This document shows positions 12,401 through 25,924 of a stretch of DNA of 64,000 nt, one piece after another. Position 1 is the first letter of the stretch, and every line of letters begins with the position of its first letter. Below the pieces are notes generated by a model, which was not told the DNA's origin, did no database searches, and worked only from the letters and a program-made list of their open reading frames with translations. Both the position numbers and the translations under genes were made by a program. Source of the stretch: Eledone cirrhosa (taxonomy: Eukaryota); the NCBI GenBank assembly GCA_964016885.1, contig OZ024741.1:96906001-96970000 (forward strand). Reading direction: 5' to 3'.

Positions 12401-15400
12401 ATCTCACTTTTGAGAGCCCCCCACCATCTATTGTTGACGACTCCCCATGTCAACGTTTTCTTAACTAAATTGTTGACCTGGTCCCTGTAAGCCTTACGTG
12501 CCGGAAATGACATGTTTAGCTTCCAGTAACCAGGTCCTAACCTACGCGCCTTATCTAGGTCGACCATACAGATCACAAACTTGTGATTTGATTAGGCGAC
12601 CCTTTCAAAACGTGGACAGCTTACACTATTTCTTTCTATTTTCCTAATGAATATCCTGTCTATATACGATCTAGATGACCCTATGCGGTTAGCCCAGGTC
12701 CACACTGGCGCATTAGGAAAACCTAGTCAGTACCTGTCAGACAGTTGGAACTGGCTGATCAGGTTCTTGAGGCTTTTTCACCCGCCGTTCCTATCGGATA
12801 CTCCCACACAGTCCCAGCGTGGGTCTAAGATATCGTTCCAGTCCCCCGCTAACAGTAAAGGGCGAGACGTATCCAGAAAGGCTTCCAGGCGTCTAAAGAT
12901 GTCCGGCCGTCCTAGCCCAGTAGGAGCATAGACGGCCACCAGTCTAAAGGCACTACCTTCGTTATTGTTCACGTCCAGGACCATCAACTTCCCGTCCGGG
13001 TCCCGGAAGATCGACCTTACCTCGAGATCCAGGCCTTTCCTAAACAGCACTGCCACCCCGCCTCCCATTCCCGGCCGGCTAACAGATGTGATAACTAGTT
13101 AGCTAACTAGTGCGCGCGTGTCGGAAATCCTGGTCTCGGTGACGGCAATTACATCCATTTCTAGAGACCTGAGGTCGTTCAGCAGGTGACCCTGCTTCCA
13201 GGACGATCCCAGGCCTCGAACATTTAAACATCCTACTCTTAATACGGCAATGTTGGCAGGTTAAAAAGAGAGAGAGGAAAGGTTTACTTCCGGGCTCTTG
13301 TGAAAGTCGGGTTTTTCGACCTCCATAGTTGGTGGGGTTTCTTTTGGGAACCCCTTTAATAGTCTTGAAGTGGGTATTATGTTCGGGGTTCCCACGTCTC
13401 GAGGAAAGCTGTCTCGTATTTCTTTGTATAAATCGAGCGACATTCGCACCAGAACCAAATCTTCCAGCACGCGAAATATGCTCAATTTAAAAATTTCCCC
13501 CTCTTTTTGTATATTTTCACTTCGTGCTACGAGGGCCATCAGTTCCTTGTTGGCCTTCCTGACAAGCACGAAGTTTTGTATGTTTTGTTGGTGTGATTTT
13601 ATTTGTTTGCGTGGTTGTGGTGGTGATGGATTTGGTGGTGTTGTTTCGGTTGTGTCTGTGTTTGTTGTGAGTGCTGTGTCTGTGGTTTCAGATGTTTGTG
13701 TGTATATTTGTTCTTGCATCTGTTTAGGTCGTTTGCCTTTGGGGAATTCTGGTGATGGTGATGGTGGTGTTGATGTTGGTGTTATTGGAGAGATGTTTGC
13801 GTGGGTGGTGTCTGCGTTTTTTATTGTGGGTGATTTTGTGCTTTGTTGAGTTATTTTTTTTTCTTTTTGTGTTTCCCGTTTTGTATTTTGGGGGATTTTG
13901 GTTTTCCCTCATCTTCACTACTGGTAGATGAGGGGTCTGTGTCTGTAAGTGTGTCTGTATGTATGTTTATGGTTTTATTGGTGTGTGTATATTTTTTGGG
14001 GGTGAGGGGGAATTTGACAGCTTTCCTCGTTTCCCCCCTGGGTGGTCAATATTAGTGGTGGTCTTTCTAATGGTGTTGTTGTTGGTGGTTTTGCCGGTGC
14101 TGGTGTTGGTTGTGGTCCTCACCCCGGCATCGGCAGCAGTGGAGCCTTTCGACCCCTTGTCTCTTTCAACAGTTGAGTGCAGAAGGCTCGCAAATAGGTT
14201 TTTTCCCCACAAACAAAACACTGCGGCCTTCGGTCATAATGTGAATGACCGTCTCATTCTGAAGGTGGATGTGGTCCGGGATTGTCTTCACATTCTCGGG
14301 CCTGTTCTGGGGAAGGTTCTCCAGTTCAACCCCGGACCAGTCCTCTCTGGCCGTTCTGGTCACTTCTATAGGGACGGTTTCCGTCCCCTCCACAATCACA
14401 CATCCCAGAAGCCACCACATGTCAAGTCCTGGTGGGATTCTGGGAATGCGGAGACGGCCGTTCTTTTTCCCATGTGGGAGGGGTACATTATGACCTTGCT
14501 GGTTTTGCAAGGAGTCATAGCGTGTTTCATAGCGAGGGCTTCTGACTTGAACAACACCGAAATGGTGCCGTACTGTCTGCTCTTCTCTATGTATTCGGTG
14601 TCTTCTTTGATGCACCTCAGCGCGACTTCGACATCTGCTTGTGGGATTAAAGCTGCCCTTTTGGTCTGTGCTGAGATGCATCTATAATGCACCGTTATGC
14701 GCTCCACTGCCTCAATAGCTTCTACCGGGACAGTTAAGTTGGCCAAGGTTTGCTCTTGCTTGATGAGCTTCCATGCCTGGGCCAACTCTTCATCTTTGTT
14801 TAGAGATGTCCATGTTGAAGCATGGCCTCTTTTTTGCTGCTGCCGGAGCGAAAGTGTTCTTCTTGTTTTCGTTGGGGGTGTTGTTGTCGTTATCGTTGTT
14901 CTTGTTGGTGTTGTTGTTATCACTGTCGCTGTTATCATTGTTGTCTTTGTTGCCACCGTTGTTCTCGGTGCAGTTGGTATTGTTGCTGTTGGTGTTTTCG
15001 CTATTTGTTTTCATGTTAGTGGTGTTGATATTGTTGTTGCATTTGTTATTTTTTTTTTATTATCTGTATTTTCGTTGTCGCTGTTACTGTCATGTTTTGT
15101 CCAAAATCAGATTTCTCATTTGTATCATTGGTGTCTTTGTTTACATTGTTTGTGGTGGTGTTTGTGTTATAAATTTGTGTTAATTTCGCTGTAGCGCTCC
15201 TCTCAACTACGTCATTGTGGCACGACAGCAAACATATCGCTGGGGGGCGTGGCTCAGCCATGTATTTTTTTCTCCGTAAATTTTTTAACATGTAAAAAAA
15301 AGTTCAAATATTTGGGCCAAAAGGCCCAAATAACATACTTTCCCCTTTACAGAGCAAAGTCTAAGGGCTTATATCCCTTACACAACAAGAAATATTTAAC

Positions 15401-15463
15401 AAATAATTTTAACAGGCAAATAAAGCGATTTACTGGAGCGAGCAAAATACGTCCGATTAGACC
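9491..15463 (-). mobile_element. Full-length but frameshifted Tx1-clade LINE (copy 2, divergent subfamily)
   Basis: (AAT)6 tail at 9491-9508. ORF2 fragments (AVYAP, GDWN, PGYWKLN, LDQSKAFD, YADD, CPRC) at about 9745-13252. Broken ORF1 13261-15261 starting MAEPRPP. Confidence 0.9.
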
Positions 15464-15640
15464 AATAATAATAATAATTGTTTCTACGTTAGGCACAAGG
15501 CCAGCAAATACCCAGTGCATTACTGGTACTTTATTTTATCGACCCCGTAAGGATGTAAGGCAAAGTTAACCTTGGTGGGATTTAAACTCAGAATGGCAAG
15601 GGCAGTAACTATATATATCAAAGCATGGCGTCCGACCCTC
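15464..15640 (-). mobile_element. tRNA-derived SINE (5'-truncated) with (ATT)n tail, between Tx1 copies 2 and 3
   Basis: Matches other copies in the window: GAGTT(C/T)AAATCCC B-box, GGGGTCGATAAAATAAAGTACCAGT core, CCTTGTGCCTAA..AGAAAC-(ATT)n end. Confidence 0.85.
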
Positions 15641-18600
15641 TGGCCACAAGGGCTAACACGGAGAAAAACAAAGTAAGTTTTGGTCGTATAAACAGGTTAC
15701 AACAAAATTAGGCTAGAAATCAAAAAAACTCAAACAGCAAAAATTCCCCCAAAAGGTGGAAAGCTCCGAGGGACACTCGTGGCGAAAACCACTCCTCAGT
15801 CTACAGGCGCATACTCAGAGCCGGTCCCGTTCACTCGGACCAGACTCGCCACTTTCACCCACCTTTCAACAAACTTTTACTAGAAGACATCACTTACCTC
15901 TCCATCCTGATTTTCCTCTTCAAGTGAAACTTCAAAAAGGTAATCAGGGATTGGATTAAGAGGAAAGTGTTCGTCTTCAACCCTTTCAACATTGCCCACT
16001 ACACAATCTCTTCGCCGTGGCCACCAGGCAGATGAAAACTGCCTGCCCTTCCTCATATTTAAAGGAGGATGGCGGGGCTATCTGCACAATGGACTCAGTC
16101 GATAACCGGATCCGTCCTACACGCAACAGCAGCTGTTGGACATAGATCCACAAGTCAGCAATCCTCGGGTACTGAACGAGTGCGTGCAGGACGGTTTCGT
16201 CGCCCTGCATGCATCTCGGACAGGCTCGACTGACAGCACCTCCGTGCCTGTAGAGCTTATCCCGAACCCGCAACGCTCCCCGGTAGCACTGCCAGACCAG
16301 GGATTTCTGGAAGTTGTCCATTGGCCCCGGTCTGAAAGTTCTCTTGAAGAGAGCAAACAGCTGATCATCTTCTACGCCCAGGGTCTCCCCGAGAATGTCG
16401 TCGCTCTTTCCCTCCACTAGCCCTCTATAGAACACCAAGGTGGATTTTCCACCAATACTAGTGCCCAGCTGGTAGAGGGCGGTGAGCGCTTGGAGACATT
16501 CCAGCTTCCAAGCGCTATCCCTTGATCTTTTCCTGATTCAGGACTGCAGCTCCGTCAAGGAGACGAGCTGGGGAAAAGAGCGTCTGGCAAACGTCGACCA
16601 CACTTGTTCACCGTCAAGGAAGCACCAGAGATGTCGCAGCGTCAGCGCATGTTTGCGCATCATCAGCCACGTCATGCCTAGTCCTCCACGCAAAGGGTGT
16701 TGATGGCAAATGGATGGTCTGACCATGGGAGCACGTTCCTTTCACAAAAAGCGGAAGAGAAGGCGCTCCATTTTGGTCAGAGTTGGGCAGGGGCAAGGTA
16801 CGACGGTCAGGCGGTAGCAGATAACGGACGTTATGTACGCATTCGCCACCTCCGCCCGACCTTTCAGAGACAGCGTTCTCTCGGCCCATTTCTGGGTGAG
16901 AGACACCACCCAGCTCGTTACCTCTCTCCACTTTTTATCCAACTGGAGGTCCGGACTGAACCAGTCTCCGAGCAATTTAACCGGTCCTTCCGTCCAGCGC
17001 CCCACGACGCTGTCGAACGGCATGGACTTGCCTAACCAGGGGCCGAGTTGCAAGCCCACCAACTTTTCTTGGTTTATCTTTGCTCCTGTCACAGCTTCGT
17101 ATTCCTTGAGAGCCGTGCCGAGCATCTGGACGTGTTTGGTGCTCGACACTACCACGGTGACGTTGTCGGCGTAAGCTGACACGGATGTGCCGCACCCCAG
17201 TTCGCATGGGATCCCTCTCATCGTCTCCAATTTGTGCAGTAACGGCTCTAGGTCCAGTATGTACAAGAGGAAGGAGAGGCGGCAACCCTGGCGGATCGAG
17301 CGCATGATGCTGAAAGGCTGGGTCAGGTGACCATTCACCCTCACAATCGAGCAGATGTCGCTGTGCATCGCAGCGATCCAGCTCCTAAAAACGGGCCCGC
17401 AATCGGCTTCCTCGAGGACCGCAGCCCGCTGCCGATTGGCGATCCTATCAAATGCTTTAGATTGATCCAAGTTGATCAGGGCCCTACCCGTGCCATGTTC
17501 CTTAACCACCCTCTCTATGATGTATTGCATGTGATGCAGGTTGACGTGGATGGATCTGTCAGGAATGGCGCATGTCTGCGCCTCTCCCACCAGATCACCG
17601 ACGAAAAGCGTCTTTTCTCAGCAGCGCCACCGCTCCCCGGCTCACAAAACTGGGGATGCTCCCGTTCTGCTGCCAGTTGCAGAAGCCATCTGCCAAGAGG
17701 TCGCCGAACAATTCCGGCATATACGCATAAAGCTCGTAGGGCAGACCATCCAAACCTGGCTATTTACCCCTCGCGCAGTCAGACATGGCCTCCCGTATTT
17801 CACCCGCTGTTATCGGCTTTTCGCAGCACTGCTTGCGGTCGTCGAGAGCCGCGGCAGCCCGTCGGGGTATGCACCGAAGTCCATACTCCGGTTCGGCTTG
17901 CTGCCGCTCCCGAACAATCGAGCAAAGTGCTGTTGAAAAGCCGCACACATCTGCTCGGGTTCGAGCAACATGTGTCCGTTTTGATCAGGCAAAGACAGAA
18001 TTGTACACTTGTTGCAACGTCGCGCCTCCACCATCCCGGCCCATTGAACGGCTTTCGTCTTCTCGTGTCTTAGAGCACGGGCTCTAGCTCTGACAACGCA
18101 GACATCATGGTTTGCGTTGAAGAATTGGTCGAGTGCCAATCTCGTCGCAAGCACGTCGGTTGCGATGCCTGTCCTAAACCCCTTTTCTAGCTTTCTAACT
18201 AACTCTCCCTCTACTCTATTTTCCTCTATCACTACTCCTTTGCTAAACCTTATTGATTCTACTCTAATAGCCCTTTTCAGGGTAAACCACCACCTGTTGT
18301 TGACGATCGCACCCGTCAACGCCCGGTCTCTGTATTCTTTGCGCGCCGGGAACGACGCGTTCAGCTTCCAGTAGCCGGGCCCTTGCCTATGGAGTCTATC
18401 TAAGTCATCTTCACAGATCACAAATTTGTGGTCCGTGTAGTCGACTACTTTAATTTGTGGACAACCTACACTAGCCTTATCTGTTTCCCTACAGAATACC
18501 CTACCTAAATATGATCTGGATGACCTGATGCGGTTTGCCCATGTCCATATTGGCATATTCGGATAATCCAGTCTATATCTGGCAGACAGTTCAAAACGTC

Positions 18601-21109
18601 TGAGCAGGTTGTTGAGGCTTTTAAACACTCCTGCCCTGTCTACTATCCCACATAATACCAGTGTGCATCTAAGATACCGTTCCAGTCAACCACTAACACT
18701 AAAGAACGGGACATTCCAAAAAAGGGGATTCGGGGATTCTGGTCTCGATGATGGCCACCACATCTATGTTTAGTGACCTGAGGTCGTTGAGCAGGTGACC
18801 CTACTTCCAAGATGACCCCCAGGCCACGTACATTTATACTGCCTATTCTAAGTACGGCCTTGTTGGATGAGAAACGGGGTAAGTGAGAACGGATCACTTA
18901 CTTTGATTGTGTGGTGAAGGGACAGTAGAACCGTCCCTTTGGATGATTATGGGTGTTTCCAAGAGGATGTCGGTGTATATACACTTGGTAACCGACACTC
19001 TGATGTCTCCAACTGCGTTGGGGAATTTTTGTTTTAAAAGTTTGCAATGTTCTCGTTTGATTTCAAGGGCGGTGGTTTGGCAGTATCGGTAGAGCGTGAT
19101 TTTGATTTCAATGATGTTTATGTTTGTCGGGAGAGTTCTTGGTGTTGGTGGGGTGTAGTACTTTTTTCTGTGATGTCCGTGTGCTGCATTATATGTTGTA
19201 AGAGTTCTTTATTTGCCATGTTTAAGGCTGTGTACTTTTTTGGGGAGGGGTGATTCTGTTGCTGTTTTCTTGTTGTTGCTGTTGGGTGTGTGTGCTTTGT
19301 TGTGTTTACGATGTTGGTGTGTTTGGTGATGCTGGTGGTGGTGTGGTTGTTGGTGGTCAGGCTTGTATTGGTGATGGTGATGGTGGTGGTGTTGCTGCAA
19401 GTCTCCTTGCAGCCTTTATGCCTCTTCGTTTGCCCTCGCTTTTGGAAGGGGTAGCTAAGGGGTTATACTCTTTTGTTTTTCGTGGCAGACCGTTTGCCAC
19501 TTCCCTTCCGCCTCATACTCTATATCGGATTCCGTGGCGTCTGGGAGTGGTATGATCTCCACTGCTGTTGGTGGTGGCAGTGGAGCCCGCTCCGGCGATT
19601 TCGCCGCCGGTGTAGCTACTGCAACTGTTGTTGGTGTTGCCGCCACTGCTGCCGCTGTTTTAGTTGTCCGAGGCCTTGGTATGGGTGCCACGGATGTTGC
19701 CCTCCTATTCACCATGGAAGGGTCTTCTGCCTCTGTTGCCTTCTCTGCTCTTGGTAGCAGCGGAAGGAGGGGAGGGCTCTTCTTGGCTGTGTTCTGCGGG
19801 CAGAAGGCCCTGAGCTGACCCTTCCGCCCACAGAGATAGCACTTTGGGCGCCTTCCCTCCACGCTTATAGGGAGCTGAAGTCCTTCTTCGAGGTCTATGA
19901 TATCTGGGATGGCATCAATGCACTCCAGGTCAGTCTGTATTAGCATTTCCATGCCTATTCCTGACCAGTTCTCTCTTCCCATTCTCTGTATTTGCAGTAT
20001 GGTGATCTTCTCCTCGATTCCAGCCAGTACAGACGCGGCCAGCCAAGGTATGGGCACGTCGGGCGAGGCCTGGGTCACTTTGAGCAACACAATTTTCTGC
20101 CCGCAGTAGTAGGGCACCAATACTATCTCCTCGCTCTTTAGGGTTTCCAAAGAGTGAGACTTCGCGTCTTGGGTGGTGGCGAAATGTACGTCTACTGTGG
20201 CGTACTTTTTGCCTAGGGGGATGTGGGTTTTGCGTGCCCAGATGGACCCCAAGGCCTTTTGGATTTGAGCCTCCGTGGCTCTCTCCACCCGATGTGACAT
20301 TTTGCTAACGGTGCGGTAAGTCACCGTGCGCAGCTGCTGGTCTTTGAAGAAATCGGGTGGAGGTTTCCTTGTCACCATGGCTCTTGCGACTGCCAACTCC
20401 ACCTCCATGACTAGCACTGTCTCTATATTTCCGGCCACCCTTTTTCAGCGTCACCATTATTGCTGCCGCTACTGCTGCTACTGGTCTTGTTGTTGGTGCT
20501 GTTCCTGTTGTTACTGCTATAACTGGTGTTGTTGGTGTTGTTGCTGTTATCACTGTTTTAGTTGGTTGTGTTTTTGGTGCCACCGTTGTTGTTTTTGGTG
20601 CAATTTGTATTGTTGCTGTTGGTGTTGTCGTTGTTTATGTTCTTGTTAGTGGTGTTAATATCGTTGTTGCAATTGTTGTAAGTTTTTTTTGTTGTCTGTA
20701 TTTTGGTCGATGCTGTTATTGTTGTAGTTGGTGTGGCAATGTTTTTAAAATTAGTGTTCTCAGTGTTGTTGTCTTTGTCCACGTTGTTTGTGGTGGTGTT
20801 TGTTGTATGAATTTCACTAACCCTCCTCTCAACTTTTACGCCGTTGTCACACGACAGCAGACATATTGCGGGGGGGGGGGGCGTGGCTCAGCCATGTTTT
20901 TTAATTTTTTTTTTTATATTCAAAAGTAAGATGTTCAAATATTGTTAAAATATTTGGGCCAAAAGGCCCAAATATTATACTTTCTCCTTCACAGGGCAAA
21001 GCCCAAGGGCATATATCCCTTACACAACAAGACAAATTTAACAACAAATAATTATAACAGGTAAATAAAGCGACTTACTGGGAGCGAGCAAAAGCCGTCC
21101 GATTAGACC
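15641..21109 (-). mobile_element. Tx1-clade LINE copy 3, degraded, with internal deletions in EN and RT
   Basis: ORF2 fragments (LDQSKAFD, IRQGC, YADN, CPRC). ORF1 with CYLCGRKGQLRAFC knuckle remnant. ATG at 20895 (MAEPRP). 5' end GGTCTAATCGGACG is shared with copy 2. Confidence 0.9.
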
Positions 21110-23030
21110 TATAATAATAATAATAATGATAATGCTACTAATAATAATAATTCTTTCTTTATTGGCCAAAATAAGGGTCTACATATAGGGGACAATACAA
21201 AAATACAGTGACCGTGTGTTTTACAACAATTCGAGTAAAATAATAAATACAACAATAACAATGAACAATGAAAGTACACACAAAAGAATTCCTCAAGAGG
21301 GGTAACAACCACCTAGGGGCGTCTCAGATACACGACCAATCCTGATCTCACCGAGCCCCGAGAGCACTCGTGAAGGGCATCCTTCCTTTCTTCAAATCAA
21401 CCGGCCTATAGGTGCATGCTCAGCGTAGGGCCATTCACGCGGGCCATTCATGCCACATTCACCCACCTTTTAGCAGAAGTAGTGGGGAGGGCGGCTTCTG
21501 TTTCCAAGTGAAACTTGAAAATGTTGATACGGGTAAGCCGAAGTGAAAAAATGTTTGTCTTCAGTCCTTTCAATCTGGTCCACCACACCACCTCTTTTTC
21601 TACATACACCAGACAGGAAAACTACCTGCTTTTTCCGACTAAAAGAAGGTGGCGAACTTCTCTAGGACTCGTTTGATAGCCGGATCCCTCATACACACGA
21701 TAACAGCTGTTCGACATAACTCTACCAGTCAGTAATGCACGGACACTGCAGAATGGTCTATGCGTTTTGTGCGCAAGCTAGGTAACTCCGTCTGACAGCA
21801 CTTACGTGCCTCTGATGTTTATCTTGGACCAGTAGTGCCCGCTGGTAGCATTGCTAAGCGAGGGCTTTCTGGAAGTTATCCATAGTGCCCGGCTCAAAGT
21901 CCTCTGGAACATATGGGTCAGTTCGATTTCGTCAACACCCAGAGGTTCTCCAAAAGCGTCGTCGTACATGACCACCAGTAATCCTCTATAGAACTCAAGA
22001 CATGAATTTCCACTGATCACACTGTCCACCTGGTGGAGGGCATTGAGCAACTGGTAACATTTCAGATGTCAGTCGCCCAGTCTCGATCTCTTCTTGACCC
22101 AGAACTACTGCTCAGTGAAATAGACGTACTGCGGAAAGGATCGTCTCACAAACGGTGACCAGACATGAACGGCATTCATTTGCGTCTCCGGTTACTAAGC
22201 TGCCAATTCCCCGACTTTTCCGAGTTCATCTCTGTTCATATCATTCTACATTGTTGCCAGGAGAGTTAGATTGGCCTATGTTTATCTCTTTTCATTAATT
22301 CATACGCTTGGGCCAAAATTTATGCCATGTGTTACGTCCATATGGACAAATTGTCTTTTATTTTTGCCGCCGTTGTTATTGTTGTTGATGTTCGTTTTGT
22401 TGATTGTGTTCACGTTGTTGTGGCCTCTGTTAGTGTTGACATTCTTCACGTTTTGTGTTTGTTGTTGTTGGTGTTGTTCTGATTTTTGTTTTCACTGTTC
22501 TTGCATTTGGTATTGTTATTTTTTATATTGTTGCTGTTGTTGTTGGCATTTTGCCCTTGCTTTTTTTCATTTGTTTCGAAATTGTTGTTGCTGTCAGTGC
22601 TGTACTTGTTCATGTTGTTGTTGGTGATGTTGTTAATATCGATGTTGGTTTTGGTGCCATTGTTATTTTCGTCTGTTCTGTTTTTGTTGTTGGCGTTGTT
22701 GTTGTTTATGTCATTGATGCTGCCTGTGATGGTGCTAGAGGTAACAATATTCATAATGGTGGTGGTAATGGCGGCGGTTTCTCACATCACAAAGTTTGAA
22801 CCGCTGTCATATAAGCGTTGGCTTAACTTTGGAGGCGATACTCCATATTTTTTTACAGAAAAATTAAAAACAAAATTCAAATATTTGGGCCTTTGGCTAA
22901 AGTATTAAGAGATATCATTTCCTCCGGGCGCTGACGAGTTATTTATGTCCCCTTATCCCCCAAACATTAACAAAACAACAATTTAAACAGCTTAAATCTA
23001 CCAATATGATGGAGCTGAGAAGCGAACATC
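21110..23030 (-). mobile_element. Internally deleted Tx1-clade LINE copy 4 (5'UTR + ORF1 N-terminus fused to ORF2 C-terminus)
   Basis: Tail at 21110-21151 with AATAAA. ORF2 3' homology at about 21400-22165. Asn-rich ORF1 start at about 22170-22846. UTR segment resembles the other copies. Confidence 0.75.
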
Positions 23031-24867
23031 ATAAGTATGAGATAAATAAAAAAGTAAAAATGAACAATAAAAACGTGAATTAATTTTAAATAATGTTTCT
23101 TAATTTCACAAAATTAACTCTTCTAATTTCTCTAACGTTTCATTTTTCTATGTATAATTATATAATTTTCTTGAAAACGCTATGTACGTATCCTTCTATA
23201 TTCTTATAAACGAGAGGGCAACGCTTTGAGATGCGGGGCATTAGTTGACGATATTGATATGATAATATATTCATCTTAAAGGACTCCATTAACAATATTT
23301 TGTTTCTCAAATATTTCGATTTTCACGAGCACTTTACATTTCAGTCCAATAAACGCCTCGATTATATGGTACATATAAGAGGGTTTGCTGAAAAGTTCAT
23401 AAGCTTGCTATGCTGTGAAATCTTACATGCATTAATTTCAACTCTTTTTCTCAATAACTGTATTGTTTCTTTCCAGGGTCTATGAGGAAAAACAATTCAT
23501 TTGGTCAATCCATGAGCGTATCTTGGTCAGCCTTTAAACTTTTCAGCCGACCCACGTTTATTTATTGTAACTTAATATTTATTTGAGCTCAAGTCTATGT
23601 CATATCGTAATGCGATATTTACTCCGGGATTTTCAAATGACAAGATTGAAGAAAATAGAAATTTCAATAATGTCTTTATATTTCTGCTGTTTGTAAAACA
23701 ATGCATTAAATATTGTTAAAGGAAGTTTGAACTTCGTCTTAAAGTAAAAAGCGATTATTTATTCATTCCAATCACGCCATTATAAACATCCCAAATATGA
23801 ATGAAAATAAAGGTCCTTCAACAACAAACTACATTTAATCATAATGTTCTATTATATTCATCTTTAATTTATTACCATATATTTTACTATTATTTGAATG
23901 TTGTAAAATGTTTTGATTGTTTCATTTCTGAGGAAAAAAATGTTTTTATTGTTATAAAACTAAATAAATGATAATCTCGCATAAAAGCTGTCATAACAAT
24001 GTGTAGACATCAACATAGTAATTATTCTATTAGAAAACATGAAAATTTAATGTTGATTTATAGTGTCGCAAATCACTTCAATCGAAACACAAAAGCCATT
24101 TCTAACCTACCGCTGTTACGTCGTGCAAATTCTTCCTTGTAAAATATTGTAATTGAAGAATAGAACTAAAATCTGCACAGAATTACTTCAGTATTAATTG
24201 AAAACTAACTATTTCAATTAATATTTTGCAATAAAAAACATAAAAAGTTAGAGAATAATAAGAATGTCTTCATAGTAAAGTAAAAATAAGAACAAGAAAG
24301 ATAATTAACCACAATAACATTAATAATAATAAAAACAGCAACAAAAAACCAGTCGTTTAAGCATTACAAATATTAACGGGTTTTTTATTGAAAAAGTTGA
24401 ACTCATGCTCTTTCGGGACATATAACGTAAACAAAAGAGTCATAATTAAATTATATAATACATAAATGATTTGATTTAGTCAATTGTTGAAATATATAAA
24501 ATAATATTATAGATAAAGATAATTGTCAGCCAGACAAATAGTGAGAGGCTCTGCCCTATACATTCTGATTGAATTGTTTTGTTCACGATCTGAATAGAAA
24601 GCAAGCACTAATGCTCTGTATGAGTGACTAAACGTTTATACAAAAGTACCCATAAAACAGTGATTCACATATAACATTACAAGTCAGCCAGTATAGAATA
24701 GTGCTATTGTTATTTCCATTCATGAAAACCATTTTCGCAATTTAAACATGATTTCATATTTGATGTCTTTTTAGTAACGCCAACATTTATAAGAATAAAT
24801 ATACATGCCACACATCTACTGCTGACTTATATATGGGTTTCTGTGACCAACACACTAAACCATTATG

Positions 24868-24920
<53 letters not shown>

Positions 24921-25123
24921 TTATATATATACACTGTATAGCATAACAATTGTATAACAATTGCTTCTATGGTGAATGTTTACTTCGAAATTTCTCCGAT
25001 GCCTTGATGCGTCAGTCACTAAATGCAGAGAAACTGAAATAAACAGTCATCATTAAAAATAATGATTGCACCCCCACCCCACAAGAAACATATATACATA
25101 TATATATGTATATATATATACAC

Positions 25124-25169
<46 letters not shown>

Positions 25170-25184
25170 GTGTATATATATATG

Positions 25185-25275
<91 letters not shown>

Positions 25276-25356
25276 GAGATAAACGGAGCAAGCAAAATTC
25301 AAACAATTTTTTAAAATAAGTAAAAAAATATAATTTAATTATTTACCTATTCCATT

Positions 25357-25439
25357 TTCTTTTACTGACGGTTTCACCTTACTAAAGATTGGAGATCCCT
25401 AGGGAATTCCAATAGAAATGTCCGGATCATCGGAGAGCA
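25357..25439 (-). ncRNA. Type I hammerhead, mutated second copy
   Basis: Same motif as 25842-25924 but core reads CCGATGA and stem III has a mismatch. Confidence 0.55.
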
Positions 25440-25841
25440 TTTTCCTTACCTAGGACAAAAGTCCCGGGAACGGCAAAATATATGGCCATCTGCCAGCTAG
25501 CATAGTATCGAATGGGGCCGTAAACTTGACCTATGCCTGAACCAGCCCTTAGTAGAAGAGAAGTAAACATAGACGTATTGTCTATCTCGCCACGAAAAAT
25601 AGCAGCTAAATAGAACAACAAATTTGTTCTCTACATAACGGAGAATATTAAAAGAGGTTAATATCTCCACAGGTACTAAGTACCCCTGGAAATATATAGG
25701 GTCTCTATGATACAGTGGTTGGTCTATGGTATTAATTTGACATACCAGAACTATAAAATTGAGATAAGCGGAGCAAGCAAGATTCAAATAATTTTTAAAA
25801 ATAAATTCAAAAATATAATTTAAATATTTACATATTCCATT

Positions 25842-25924
25842 TGCTTTTACCGACGGTTTCACCTCACAAAATATTGGAGATCCCTCGGGACTTCCAATGG
25901 AAATGTTAGGATCATCAGAGAGCA
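25842..25924 (-). ncRNA. Type I hammerhead ribozyme
   Basis: tgctct-CTGATGA-[tcct...attgga..ccc ga ggg..tccaat...aggt]-GAAA-ccgtcgg-TA-aaagca. Confidence 0.75.
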
